From: Cyanidioschyzon merolae
Lineage: Eukaryota
DNA length: 64,000 nt
Assembly (NCBI GenBank): GCA_000091205.1
Contig: AP006502.2
Direction: 5' to 3' (one strand)
Below are positions 26,759 through 38,004 of the stretch, in pieces. Under the pieces are notes generated by a model that made no database searches, had not been told where the DNA came from, and was given only the letters and a program-made list of their open reading frames with translations. Position 1 is the first letter of the stretch, and the number at the start of each line of letters is the position of its first letter. The translations under genes and the position numbers were made by a program.

Positions 26759-29700
26759 ATGGCTTTCTGGGAGCAATGCAAGCGGTTGCTAATTTTCATA
26801 CTTAAACTTCTTATTTCGGAAAAGTCGAAAAACGCACTTCGCGTCGCACTGGTGTGTGCAGCGGTGTCTATTACGATCTTCTTCGCAGTACTCAGGTCAC
26901 GCCTGGAGTGTTATACGAACAACCTAGCTTATGTAGCGCTTGTGATTATCGCACAGCACCCGCATATAGGATCCGTTTTGCGCGCCGGTGCAATCCTTAG
27001 CCTTGCGAGTCTCATTGCGACGGTGTTCGGTCTTGTTGGTCTGGCGATGGCAGACAAAAGTGCAGCGGCGCTCTACTTTATAACCCTGGTGTTTGCGGGA
27101 ATTGCAACCATTCTTCGAACGGACACCAATCCGATCTCTCCTGGTATGGGCATCTCGATTAACTTTCTGTTCGGGGCAATTTTCATTTTCTACGTGAAGA
27201 CGCCTCCATCCGAGGCCTGGGATCGAACGTACCCCACATTACTATCAGGTCTCTTTGCTTCTGCTGCATCACTGATTGGCGCGATCCTCATTTTTCCAAA
27301 GTCTGCTCGCCGGAGTCTTCGGACGGGACTGGCGGCTAGTCTACGAGAAACCGGGGACGTCTTGCGGGATCTACGAGAAACGCTTCAAAAGCCGCCGAAG
27401 GATCGCCAGTTCTCTATCTCGATCGAGTCGGAAATGGGTGGACAGAGCTTTGCTCCGGCGGCGCTTGCCAAAGTGCAAAATCTGCGAGCAGCTCTAGCGC
27501 AGCATCGAGTGATGCTTTCGTATATGCCTTTCGAGCCGAACCTGCTGCCTCCGTGGCAGTGTGAGCCTGATAAAGCCTGGAGCCGCCTGATAGACGCCGT
27601 AGAGGACTTTGTATTTCAGGTGGATGCGATTGTCTGTGTGTTCGCCAATGAACAGGCGTTTATATCGGAAGCTCTCAACGAGCTCTTTAGCGATTCGATT
27701 CAAGTCATGGTCGATTTCCTCGAAGCAGCGACAGAGAGCGCTCACAAGCTTGCAGATTCTATACAGGCCTATCCGCGAGCCCTGGATACCGATGTTGTGC
27801 TGACACGTCCAATGCGCCGACAGCTGAACCGGGTCATTGCTAGAGCGCGCCATCAGCGCTGGCAGGCGCTTCGTTACGAAGACCGGGATCGAGATGTGAA
27901 TCCCGCCTCGGCTTATGAATTTGCCTCCTTGATTTTTGTTGCATACAACATCCGTGCACTGCAGCGTCTTGTTGAGAATCTGAAGCAACGCGTATCGGAA
28001 CTTTTAACGGAACGTCGGCGACTGCGCTTCGCACCGATTGCCAACCTATTTCGATGGGTGCCGATGATCCTAATGGCGCCTGTACAGTCGTGGATGAAAA
28101 CGCATATCCTTTTGCGGAACCCGACAAATGCGAAATTTCTCATCAAATATCTTCTATGTGTAGCTATCATAACATTCCCGACGCTTTTTGTATCCCAGTT
28201 CTCGCACCGGGTGTACGCTTTCTTGCAGCACGATAACGCCATTTCTGCGTACATTATTGTGACGATCTTGTTTATGCGCGGCGTGGAGATGACGATATTC
28301 CGCGTGTTTCTCTACTTTACCGTGACCTTCGCTTCCTGCGCTTTGGCGTACGCTTTGACGGTTATGGCACCAACTGATCAGTACGTCATTGACATGTGGA
28401 TTGGTGTCTGGACCTGGGGTGCGCTGCTCGTGGCGTCCATTGACCCGGCGTATATTGTGACGACATTCCCTTTCCTGCTGGCCCAGTACTTTATAATCGG
28501 ATGCCAGTATGGACTCGGTTTTACATTTGTGTACGCGGCTTCTCGTGCTGTTTCGGTCTCTTGTGGCTGCTTCGTCGTTGCGGCAGTGAGCATTCTACTT
28601 TGGCCCTATCGAAGCGAAGAAGAAGTGCGCGCACTTCTGAGCCAGATTTTGACGTCCATTACCGAGCTATTCATCAAGACCAATGAAATATTTTTCAGAA
28701 TGAACAAGGAGGGCGGCAGTGCAATCTGGGAGGAGACCGGTGGTGCCGAAATTGAGTCGAAAATCCGTCAGACTGAGACGCTTATCACAGTCGTGAATCT
28801 GCGTATGATGCTCGATATCACACCGAACTACCGCAAGTCGTCGCTGCCGCAGGGCCTAGGCTGGGTGGCGCTGCTCATGCGACGTTTCTATTTGCTTCGC
28901 CAGGTTGTTCGCGCTTCTCCGCAGATTCGCGGCTGTTACAGCACAACCGCCTACGAGATGTTCCTGAAGCACCTGGAGCCAGAACTGGAAGTAATGCTCA
29001 ATGAGTGGAAGCAGACCGCTGAGTTTGCAGCGGAGCGGCTCCGATGCCGGCGAATTAACCGTCCGCCGCCCGACAAGCTTCTAGAGGCACTGCACCGTCT
29101 GCGGAGCGCCCGCGCTGGTGTCATCACAAAGTACGCTGCGGTCCGTTGCGATATGCTTCGACGCTGGCGTGAAAGCTTGATCGCGTTCCATCTGCATTCT
29201 GTAGATACCCGTCGAAGCGACGAATCTTCAACGGAACCGAAACACGACGGATCACTGACAGCAATATCCAGTGACTCGAGTTCGAGTCCGACGAACGAGC
29301 AATGCACTGAAAGAAATCCAATCGTGATTTCTCCGTCCAAGGACGCTGACACCCCGAATGTCATGGAGCCGGGCATGGACGTGGTTGCAGAACGCATGGA
29401 CACAGTGGATCTGGGACCTCCGGACCTCCACCCAGATGACTCGGTCCGCTTTCTCGCTTGGCTGTATGCGACGCGGCTCATGTATACGGCATTCGACTGC
29501 GTAAGCGAAGCCATTGGTAATCTGCGTTATGGCCCGCGTCGACGAACTCGTTGGCAGCGCCTGTGGCTACGACTCGCTGGTAAGAGCGGCCGTGATCATC
29601 GTCCAAAATCGTCGTCGACGTCGAAGGCATCGAAATCATCGGACGAAAAAGCGCATTCAGCTTCTGATAATGTGCAACCAACGGAAAACGAATCCAATGC

Positions 29701-29821
29701 GAGGCCGGACCCCGACGACGAAGAAGCCTCAGCTGTGGAGGTACGAACCAGCAACCAGGTAGCGAATACTGCGCCTTCCATCTCTGGTAGTCGTAAGGAC
29801 GCCGGTCACTATGCTTGCTGA
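26759..29821 (+). CDS. large two-repeat integral membrane protein, ArAE/FUSC/ALMT-like putative organic-anion transporter
   Basis: ATG at 26759, 1020 aa. An N-terminal block of ~6 TM helices is followed by a ~250 aa soluble region containing YMPFEPNLLPPW, which resembles the ALMT WEP-type motif. A second block of ~6 TM helices follows, then a long acidic, Ser-rich C-terminal tail. Confidence 0.7.
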   Translation: MAFWEQCKRLLIFILKLLISEKSKNALRVALVCAAVSITIFFAVLRSRLECYTNNLAYVALVIIAQHPHIGSVLRAGAILSLASLIATVFGLVGLAMADKSAAALYFITLVFAGIATILRTDTNPISPGMGISINFLFGAIFIFYVKTPPSEAWDRTYPTLLSGLFASAASLIGAILIFPKSARRSLRTGLAASLRETGDVLRDLRETLQKPPKDRQFSISIESEMGGQSFAPAALAKVQNLRAALAQHRVMLSYMPFEPNLLPPWQCEPDKAWSRLIDAVEDFVFQVDAIVCVFANEQAFISEALNELFSDSIQVMVDFLEAATESAHKLADSIQAYPRALDTDVVLTRPMRRQLNRVIARARHQRWQALRYEDRDRDVNPASAYEFASLIFVAYNIRALQRLVENLKQRVSELLTERRRLRFAPIANLFRWVPMILMAPVQSWMKTHILLRNPTNAKFLIKYLLCVAIITFPTLFVSQFSHRVYAFLQHDNAISAYIIVTILFMRGVEMTIFRVFLYFTVTFASCALAYALTVMAPTDQYVIDMWIGVWTWGALLVASIDPAYIVTTFPFLLAQYFIIGCQYGLGFTFVYAASRAVSVSCGCFVVAAVSILLWPYRSEEEVRALLSQILTSITELFIKTNEIFFRMNKEGGSAIWEETGGAEIESKIRQTETLITVVNLRMMLDITPNYRKSSLPQGLGWVALLMRRFYLLRQVVRASPQIRGCYSTTAYEMFLKHLEPELEVMLNEWKQTAEFAAERLRCRRINRPPPDKLLEALHRLRSARAGVITKYAAVRCDMLRRWRESLIAFHLHSVDTRRSDESSTEPKHDGSLTAISSDSSSSPTNEQCTERNPIVISPSKDADTPNVMEPGMDVVAERMDTVDLGPPDLHPDDSVRFLAWLYATRLMYTAFDCVSEAIGNLRYGPRRRTRWQRLWLRLAGKSGRDHRPKSSSTSKASKSSDEKAHSASDNVQPTENESNARPDPDDEEASAVEVRTSNQVANTAPSISGSRKDAGHYAC

Positions 29822-31247
29822 CGGATTACCTAGGATCGAGTTATCGACGCTAGATAGCTCCATGAAAATCAACTCTCACATATGGTGTTTGCCCAGTGAA
29901 CCCACTCCCGATGCGGTAGATATTCGATATTCACGTCTCGCTGGGTTGCTGAAGCATACCATACCGCTTCCTTGCGTCACGCGAGAATAAATGCCCGCTC
30001 TCCCGGCCTCTGATAGTTTTCATTGCAAGTCGCCAGCGTTTCGGACCAGCGCCTTCAGTGAGTGCTAAACGATTCCATTAAAAATTTGCTTGGAACCCGG
30101 AGCCTCTCGACGTTTCACCAGCACGAGTCATCTCCCTATATTGATCCAGGGGTTCAGGTCTGAGCTAAGAAAGGGTCTGCGCGCATGGCTGCTCGTGAAG
30201 TTGCATCGTAGCGAGCCGCTCATCGTAGATCGCGTCTCCATCTGACGTTCGCGCAGCTTCTCCGTACAACATATCGTGCGTCTGTCTCTGTTTCAAAGTT
30301 ATCGTCGCCGCCTATTTCAGTGTGCACTCGTGGTCATGAAGCTTGTACGCTATCCTATAGTAATCGATGGGCACTGTATACAATCGATTCCAGCATTCGT
30401 TGAACGCTGTCGATCAGGGTGCAGGATTCCAGCCTATACGATCCAGAGCTCGCCCAGCGCCATAGGTTATCACCACACGAAGCGACCTGTAGGTCATGAC
30501 CTTTGCCTCCGAATCGAACAAGTTGACGAATGAACGCTTCTTGCCTCCATACGACGGAACTCACTGGTGACCGAGGCGGAGTCTCACGCAATCCTGCCGC
30601 AATTCGTCCGCATGAACCACTGTTCGTGCTTATGTACGCTCTTAGAAGGAGGCCTGCAAAGCGTCCTTCGATGTTCGAATCGGTGCTCAGCGCGCCGCGA
30701 CGGGGCTCGCCGTCGACATTCCACTTGTTGGCGGGCGCCCTGGAGTCCTCCAAGCTCAGCTCCCCATAATGCCGATCCCTGGAAAATTTGAGCCCATTCA
30801 TCTGCCTCCCGTTCGGGTTTTCCGCACCTGACCCCAAAGTATAGGGGAACAGCTACGGCTATGTTGATCGTAGACTAGGGATGCGCACGCACCGCGACAT
30901 AGTTCTCTTCACCTAGCTTAAACAGTTGGTAACGAGTCTCTGTCTGTTCGACGATAGCCTGGTTTTCACGAAATGCACACTGGTGGATTTACCGTCGGTC
31001 TCGATTGTCTCTGAATATATCATCCGATTTCCTCATTGCAAACAAGAAACGTTGATCGCGCTCCGCCAATGCTCTTGGCATTGTCGTTCGAATGCTTCAC
31101 ATCTGGACGCAGAGATCGGCCAAAGTTTTCCTGAAACGGCCATGCAGCGCAACCCGCCAGTGTCTATGGTGATGGAATGAGTCGTGATATGAAGTATTGG
31201 GACTACATCGGATCGACGCCAGATGAGGTCAGGACACGCGCACATGG

Positions 31248-32643
31248 GAAGCGAGTCTGCACTGCTCGACAGAGGGCGCTCTTCCTCGACATGTCATCGC
31301 GCGAGATGCATCGCGCTTCGCCATCATGTACTAGTCATCATCCGGATATGACTTGCGTCCATTCGAGCCCGAAAGCATCGCCATCAGCTTGGGTGTACAG
31401 TGCCAACGCTCGCTTTCGTTCCGGCATCTCTATCAACGTCGCGACGACCGTGAGCGTTTCCGTCGCCGCTCGCAAGTCGTTCGCCTCCGTCGACGCCCAC
31501 GGGATCTGTGTCACCAGTCGCCACTCTGGGAGGCGAGTATGATGATTCCACACAAGCGTCCATGAAGCGCTTCATACAGCGCTCGGCATGGATCCGCGGA
31601 TTGTTTTCCTTTTCGAGGCCTGCTCTGATACTTTCTGGTACCTGCGCTGTACGTGTTCTTATCGCCAATGCGCCGCTGCGACGCGTCGAGATGTTCTGGG
31701 AAGCTTGTGTCCAAAAAACGTGATTTTGCGGTACCAAGACCGCATTGCGTCCTCTGTCCCGAATACCGGTTGTGCTGACGCTTGAAAGTCAGCTCGAAAG
31801 CTTTCAAAAGAAAAACCGACAGCTGGGCGCCCTGCCTCCTGAACTCCTACGAACAAGCGCCTTCTGGGGTACGTCACAGCGAGGGAGCGTACGCAAGGCG
31901 TTGTCGAGAAACACGCTACGCGATCCCCAGTGGTGCCCTGTGTCTCCGTTTTCGGAAGTCTCTCCCGCATGATGCCCGCTAGTAGAGAGGATTTGGCAAT
32001 GGTTTCAGACTGCGGTGCCTGCTTCGACGTCTTTTCCTCGCTGTCGCGCCGCGTCTGCTCCGTGGAAGGAGCCCGCTCTCCTCTGACAGACGCTTTTTCT
32101 CATTTTCACTTCTACTTGGCGGCGCGGCATGCGTGTCATTGCTATACATCACAGCCGTTTTGATCATCGTTACTCAGAAGCATCCCTCGGACAGTGAGTC
32201 CGAGACGTGCCTGTTCTATCTGTGCCTGTATCCATCTGCAACGCCTCATGCACACGCTCGTCACCACCTGCTGCTGCAAGCACGCCCGTGGTCCCAGGCG
32301 CGCCTTTCCGCTGCACCCTCTCGCCCGCTCGCACGAACCGAGAAGCAATATAGTAGCCCAGGGATGCCGAAGGTAGAGCGAGGCGTGCCGAAGAACGGTT
32401 TGTTCGTGGACGGCGCCAGGGATACGCACGACTCGTCTACCGATCCCGGAGCGTAGCATGGGCGCAGGACAACACAGAAGCCATCTCCAACTGGACCGAA
32501 CACAGGAAAACACGCTGACCCAAAGAGCAGCCTGATGAAAATCCCAGCTGGGGACTCCCTGATCGCTCCTGCGTCATGGCAGGTGACCTTCTCCAAGTGC
32601 AGGACAGGAGCATGCTGGATGGAAGAGCCAGAAAGCGCTGCGG
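31248..32643 (+). repeat. right copy of the ~1.4 kb direct repeat; partner of 19687..21083
   Basis: Same evidence as the left copy. Amino-acid substitutions and one small indel in the shared ORFs imply roughly 97% nucleotide identity. The right copy ends ~300 bp upstream of the ATG of the AK-NADK gene. Confidence 0.85.
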
Positions 32644-32940
32644 CTCCCAAGTCTATACATTTCTTATACAAGTGGACAACACGCGTTGCGGTCACCAGCA
32701 TCGTCCATGAACTCGATTTGGAATCAGCGCATCATTTTGGTACAATTAGGAATCTAATGGACAACACGCTTGGGGCCGCCACCACCTCCCATGCCTCTGC
32801 TGCGAAGGCACACGCTCTCGCCGGCATGCGCTTCTGTGGACACCACCAAGCGAGGTGTTATGACGTAGACACTGGAGTATGCAATATATCACGACGCCGC
32901 GGTAGGCTTAAGGACATCATAATCACGATTTTGAAAACAG

Positions 32941-35574
32941 ATGGAAGAATCAGTGGGAACGTACGCGACGCTTCATAGTCGACAACCTGCGTTCGTTGGA
33001 GAGCTCGTGAACGCCCGGCAAGTCAGTGCGCACTCGTGGAGACAACGAGCGTCCATTTATTCCAACCGACAGTACGTGTTTGGCCTGCCACACTTTCAGA
33101 ACTTTGCTTCTAAACGAAAGCGAAGTCGTTATTCAGTGTACAGGACGCAATGTGAACCGTGGCGGCAGCCGGGTCCCGCTGAGGCACGCTGGGCCGCGCT
33201 TGCTGGAGCTTGCTCCACCCTGCGCGCTGTGCAGCGCCAGGCTGACTTGCGTGAACCTCCATGCACCGCAACTGAGCCTAACCAAAGAGCGAACGCTTCG
33301 ACCACCAACGGAGAGTGGCGTCCGCGGCTCGTTGTTGTCGGACCTCCGGGTTCCGGCAAAACGACACTAACCGAGCAGTTGCGTCAAGTGTACGGTCTTG
33401 TACGGGTCGGATGCGGCGACCTGCTACGTGCCCACGTTTTATACGGGACGGATATTGGTTTGGCTTCCAAGGCGTATATGGAATCTAACGAACTGGTTCC
33501 AGATGGAATCGTGATACCTCTCGTTCTCGAAAGACTTCGACAACGAGATTGTGAGGAACACGGATGGGTCCTAGACGGATTCCCTCGGACTGAAGCGCAG
33601 GCGCTGGCCTTGTTTGACTTTCTGGATATCGTAGGTGACAGCGCTGATGCAGAAAACTCCAGTCCTTCGATATCCATGGGCGCAAGGCCCGCAGGAACCA
33701 TCATTCTGCTCGAAGCCAGCGATGAGTGTCTCGTGGAACGTATCCGCCATCGCCGCATTGACCCCGTTACCCATACTGTCTACAATATGAAGTTCAATCC
33801 ACCAGAAGAAGAGGATATCATGGAAAGGCTCCTCCGTGTCCCATCGGATGAACCGGAAGCGTTTCGCCTACGCCTGACGCAGTACCGGGAAGCGCTGCCG
33901 GCGCTCCTGGCATGCATTTCCCAGCTGACACGGGCTCGGCGTGGCGATCAAGCGAACAATGTTGGCCTGATTCGTCTGAATGTATCCGAGCCAGGTGTTC
34001 AAGATCGTTTCCAAGAACTTGAGGAGCAACTGAAGCGAATCTGGGGAGCCAAAAGGCGATCCAACCAGTACGCGGAACACATATCCGGTTCGGTCTGGGT
34101 GCCGCATGCCTCGACGGCACTTGCACGAGCGCGAGCGGCAGGATTGCTGAATACGCCCTCCACGCGTACCTTTTCGGACTGGCGTGAGGACCCGGTCGAG
34201 ACCTCACTCAATGGAGGCGCTGGTCAACGCGATCAACTAGGATCGGGCTTGAGTACAGCCCACGCGGACGACGATGCCGTGGAACCGATGCTTGATGGCG
34301 CGTCGATGTCATCTGGCCAAGTGTCGGCAGCGGAGCAAGGTGCCGCGAGCAGTCCAGTTCGTCGATCCAACGACAACGATGCTCCAGAGTTGACGCTGCG
34401 CTCAGATCCCGAGCGAGTAAAAGCGTCACCTCAACCAGTCGATGCCGAAACAGCGAATCGCTCGACGGCGAGCAAGTACGAAAAGGCGTCCATCACTTTG
34501 ATTCGTTGCGACGGTGTTCAGTGCGTTCGCGAAGTTGTTCATCTTGGTGATATCGCTTTTCATGGGAGCGCGACCGAACAAGTAATGCTTCGTTGGAACG
34601 AACGACCTCGAACGGTCCTCTTGCTCGTCAAAAAGGGAGCTAATCTTTGTGAAATAGCGAAGCAAGCGGTGGACTACTTGCAAAACAGCGAACGGCTTCG
34701 AGTGCTCGTCGAGCCCTGGGTCCAGACGGAGCTGTTCGCGCTCGGAACCTATACCGATTCGTTCCATCACAGCCAGGACTTGCACCGCTGCGTCGATCTG
34801 GTAGTTTGTCTCGGTGGTGATGGCCTCATTCTGTACACATCTACCCTATTTCGAACGGCGGTGCCTCCAGTTGCTCCGTTTAACCTTGGATCTCTCGGCT
34901 TTCTGACACCATTCGAATGGAAAGACTTTCAGGGACACATACGTACCATGCTTTCCAGTGATCTTATGCTTTCGCTGCGAATGCGCCTCTTGGCCACGGT
35001 GGTGCGCGTCTCGGGCCAAGCCGAGCAACAGTTTCATGTTCTGAATGAAGTTGTCGTAGACCGGGGAGCTTCGCCTTTTCTCTGCCAGCTGGAGTGTTAC
35101 TGGGATGATGCACCGCTCGCCAGCGTCCAAGCCGATGGGATTATCGTTGCGTCGCCGACCGGATCCACAGCCTACTCCCTCGCCGCCGGTGGTGCTATGG
35201 TGCACCCGAGTGTGCCAGCTATCTGTGTGACGCCGGTTTGCCCGCACTCGCTGGGTCTGAGGCCGGTTGTGCTCCCAGACTCGGCTCGTATTCGAGTCCA
35301 GGTGAGCCCCGAGGCACGCTCCCATGCCTGGGCGAGTTTCGACGGGAAGCACCGGCTGCAGCTGCGGCGCGGGGATTCGCTGCTTGTCGAAATGAGCAAG
35401 TACCCAATGCCGACTGTGAACGCTACTGATCATGCTGCCGACTGGTTTGGTTCTCTGAATCGTGGGTTCGGTTTTAACGTGCGCGGAGCGAAACCGAAAC
35501 CTCGTGTGATGGGGCGCTCCTCCACAGCGGAGCAAGCGAGTGTTGATCGCTTTGCGGACGGCACCGAATCATGA
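32941..35574 (+). CDS. single-ORF fusion of an adenylate kinase domain (N-terminal half) to an NAD+ kinase domain (C-terminal half)
   Basis: ATG at 32941. Residues ~120-330 carry the adenylate-kinase signatures: P-loop VVVGPPGSGKTT, GDLLRA, NELVPDG, GWVLDGFPRTEAQA. Residues ~560-877 carry the NAD-kinase signatures: GGDG in VVCLGGDGLIL, NEVVVDRG, and DGIIVASPTGSTAYSLAAGGAMVHP. A ~200 aa Ser/Ala-rich linker with no stop codon joins the two. The N-terminal ~110 aa are basic and hydroxylated, resembling a presequence. Confidence 0.75.
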   Translation: MEESVGTYATLHSRQPAFVGELVNARQVSAHSWRQRASIYSNRQYVFGLPHFQNFASKRKRSRYSVYRTQCEPWRQPGPAEARWAALAGACSTLRAVQRQADLREPPCTATEPNQRANASTTNGEWRPRLVVVGPPGSGKTTLTEQLRQVYGLVRVGCGDLLRAHVLYGTDIGLASKAYMESNELVPDGIVIPLVLERLRQRDCEEHGWVLDGFPRTEAQALALFDFLDIVGDSADAENSSPSISMGARPAGTIILLEASDECLVERIRHRRIDPVTHTVYNMKFNPPEEEDIMERLLRVPSDEPEAFRLRLTQYREALPALLACISQLTRARRGDQANNVGLIRLNVSEPGVQDRFQELEEQLKRIWGAKRRSNQYAEHISGSVWVPHASTALARARAAGLLNTPSTRTFSDWREDPVETSLNGGAGQRDQLGSGLSTAHADDDAVEPMLDGASMSSGQVSAAEQGAASSPVRRSNDNDAPELTLRSDPERVKASPQPVDAETANRSTASKYEKASITLIRCDGVQCVREVVHLGDIAFHGSATEQVMLRWNERPRTVLLLVKKGANLCEIAKQAVDYLQNSERLRVLVEPWVQTELFALGTYTDSFHHSQDLHRCVDLVVCLGGDGLILYTSTLFRTAVPPVAPFNLGSLGFLTPFEWKDFQGHIRTMLSSDLMLSLRMRLLATVVRVSGQAEQQFHVLNEVVVDRGASPFLCQLECYWDDAPLASVQADGIIVASPTGSTAYSLAAGGAMVHPSVPAICVTPVCPHSLGLRPVVLPDSARIRVQVSPEARSHAWASFDGKHRLQLRRGDSLLVEMSKYPMPTVNATDHAADWFGSLNRGFGFNVRGAKPKPRVMGRSSTAEQASVDRFADGTES

Positions 35575-38004
35575 GCAGTGCCGATTCTGAGACCTGGAAT
35601 GCGCAGACGGGACTCATTCACGCGAGCCCAGCTGAGGTCTGTGTGCTTGCCTCGCACACTATCCACGCAAATGTCCAGAAGAGTGGCATTCAGACGAGTT
35701 GTGGAGTCCGCGCTTCACCTTGCACCCAGTTCATGGAGGCATCAGGCAGTGTAGATGGGGCGCAGATACCGCCAAGGCTCGGCGCGCCCGGGCGCTAAAC
35801 ACTCTACAGACCCCGTATGTCCAGCGTTCAGCAGAGCAATTGCGACCTCGGCGGTGAGTTCGACTCCGCCTAGGTACCAGAAGCGCGTCGAGTCAGCGGC
35901 TAGAGGTCGCGTTGAACGTGCTTCCGTGGTCGTCGTCGTCGTCGACATCTACTGTTGCTGCTGGTGGACCCGGCGCTTTGTTGCGACGACGCATTGCCGG
36001 CCGGTATCGTCGGAGCTTGCGGTGCAGATGCCGCTCCGCAGAGGCCGCGTCTGCAGGCCAGCGTCTGTCGATAAGCGCAGGTGCAGTCGCGTCCAGGCAC
36101 TGGAGTCGTGCTGCCAGTCGCGTCGTAGTCGCACGGGGTCTGTTTCGTGGGGAGTGTTCGTGGCCGTTGCGCGGCTGCGGATGCAACCACAGGGTCCAGT
36201 TTGGTAACGCGCACCGCATCCGCACAATGCAACTGTCCAAACAGACACCACAGATACGTATCTCTCGCGTGGGAGCACTGCGACGCGCGTCTGCAGCCGC
36301 AGGCAGGCTATCGACTATGCAAGTCGTGCGGTTACGAGCGCGTAGGTCAAGCACATCGCCTCGGTCGCATGTTCTGGATGGGGGGCTCGTTACTGCCACT
36401 GGAGCAGTCCGGATCAGCGCGTATCTCCATTCACTTGACTTTCCATGTTTAGAGTTGCGTCGGGTTACTGGTTTCAGGCAAGAGATGCCGACTTTCATAA
36501 ACACGAACACATATCACATGACCATTCTCGAGCGCAACAATCCGCTCACAACCTCTTGAGCGCGGAAAGAGCGTGCCACAGCATTCCCAAAAGAAGCTCT
36601 CAAACCGGAACCAACCTGTCCAGTAGAGTAACGAGATTAGACTCCAGGTGTACGGAAAGAGAAGCAAGGTAAAGATCAGGAACGCGTAGTCGTAGCGAGC
36701 TGGATGGATGTCGTTGAAGACCTTCACGACGCGGGGAACTGCGCCGCTCCACGCTGCCGGTGCCGGGGCTGTCGTAATCGTTGCCGTAGAGGCCCCGACC
36801 GACGCATCGACTGCGTCCGTGGTCGGCGTGCCGTCGGCTGCAGGGCCCACAGGCACTTGCGTCAGGCGATGCTCGCGAACCGTTTGCCAGTAACCGTAGC
36901 GATGCCGCTTCTGCCAGTCCGCAACGTACGGCGGCAGAAGCGCACCCTCGGCACCCGCGAGCGTCGAGCGCTGACTCGCAGCGTCGGGTCCCAGGCACGG
37001 ACCCGCTGGCCAAGCTGATGCACCCTCCCCGGGACCCAGTTCTTCACCGCAAACGAAGCAGCGCGAGTAGTACTGCGACAGCGGTAGAAACACGAACGAT
37101 TCTGGCTCCAAAGAGTCCGCGTCCGCGGCCGGCGTCAGAGGCGAGGCCACCAGACGCGGCTGGTGCAGCGCCGCGGCACTGTTCCCCGCGAATCCTCAGC
37201 CGTCTAGTGGCTCAAGCGGCTGGGCTCCAGCCGAAAGACGCTGGACGCCCCGTCCAGACCTGCTGGTTTGACGCTGACCTCCTGTGCGTTGCGTCGACGC
37301 ACCCCCTCCGACGAACACATGCACGCGCTCGTTTGCATCAGAAGCTTTGGACGTTGCCCGATCACCTGGTCCAGCTACTTTCCCCTGATCACCGTTTATC
37401 ATGTGCGTTCGTCTCGGTTGGTGGCAAGTTCTAGTCTCTCTGCCGGTTCACAGCGGTCTCTGGCGTTCCAGACTCGCCCAGGATACCGCCTATGAATGCA
37501 GCGCGGACGTCCGGCAGCGCTCCCGGCGGTGGTATCCGTTGACGCAGCGTCGAGGGATGATGAGGCGGCGACGATCGACGCCACAAACCCGCAGAGGATC
37601 GCATGCTCCGTTGGCCTCGGGAGTCCTAGTAGCGGCATATTGCTCGAGCTGGAAGCTTCATATCGCAAACATTGCTATAGGCGCCACTGCTGTCGCTTTC
37701 GGCAGGCTCGGCACACGACAGGACGTAGGAAACGACCAGAATATCCGAGACGAATTATAGGTAATGGAACATGGAAGTAGGGGGTTGATGGATACTTTAC
37801 AGTGCACTGAAAAAAAAGCATAAAGAAAGAAGGAAGAAACGCGCATAATCGGAGAACGCTGGCGTAAGTAAACGCTCTGTCAATGAAAAAAATCGCAAAC
37901 ATAGCATGGTATGGTCTTTCAACTGGATTTTGGTTCATAACAGCTGAGTGGAATCGAATGCTTGTTAACAGTGCATTGCTGGAAGTCCTAATCACGGTGC
38001 AGTG

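Noticed and set aside
19687-32643. The 1.4 kb direct repeats interpreted as LTRs of an LTR retrotransposon
   Set aside because: There are no TG...CA termini and no flanking target-site duplication. No PBS or PPT is recognisable. The interior encodes a coiled-coil protein and a 12-TM transporter rather than gag, pol or integrase. It is reported as a direct-repeat pair of unknown origin instead.
36449-37150. 233-aa minus-strand ORF with a CFVCGEEL motif and a C-terminal hydrophobic segment as a possible small gene
   Set aside because: The start codon is GTG with no in-frame ATG. It lies in a very GC-rich 2 kb stretch (35.7-37.8 kb) where every frame on both strands is open for hundreds of codons. 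The coding status is not supportable.
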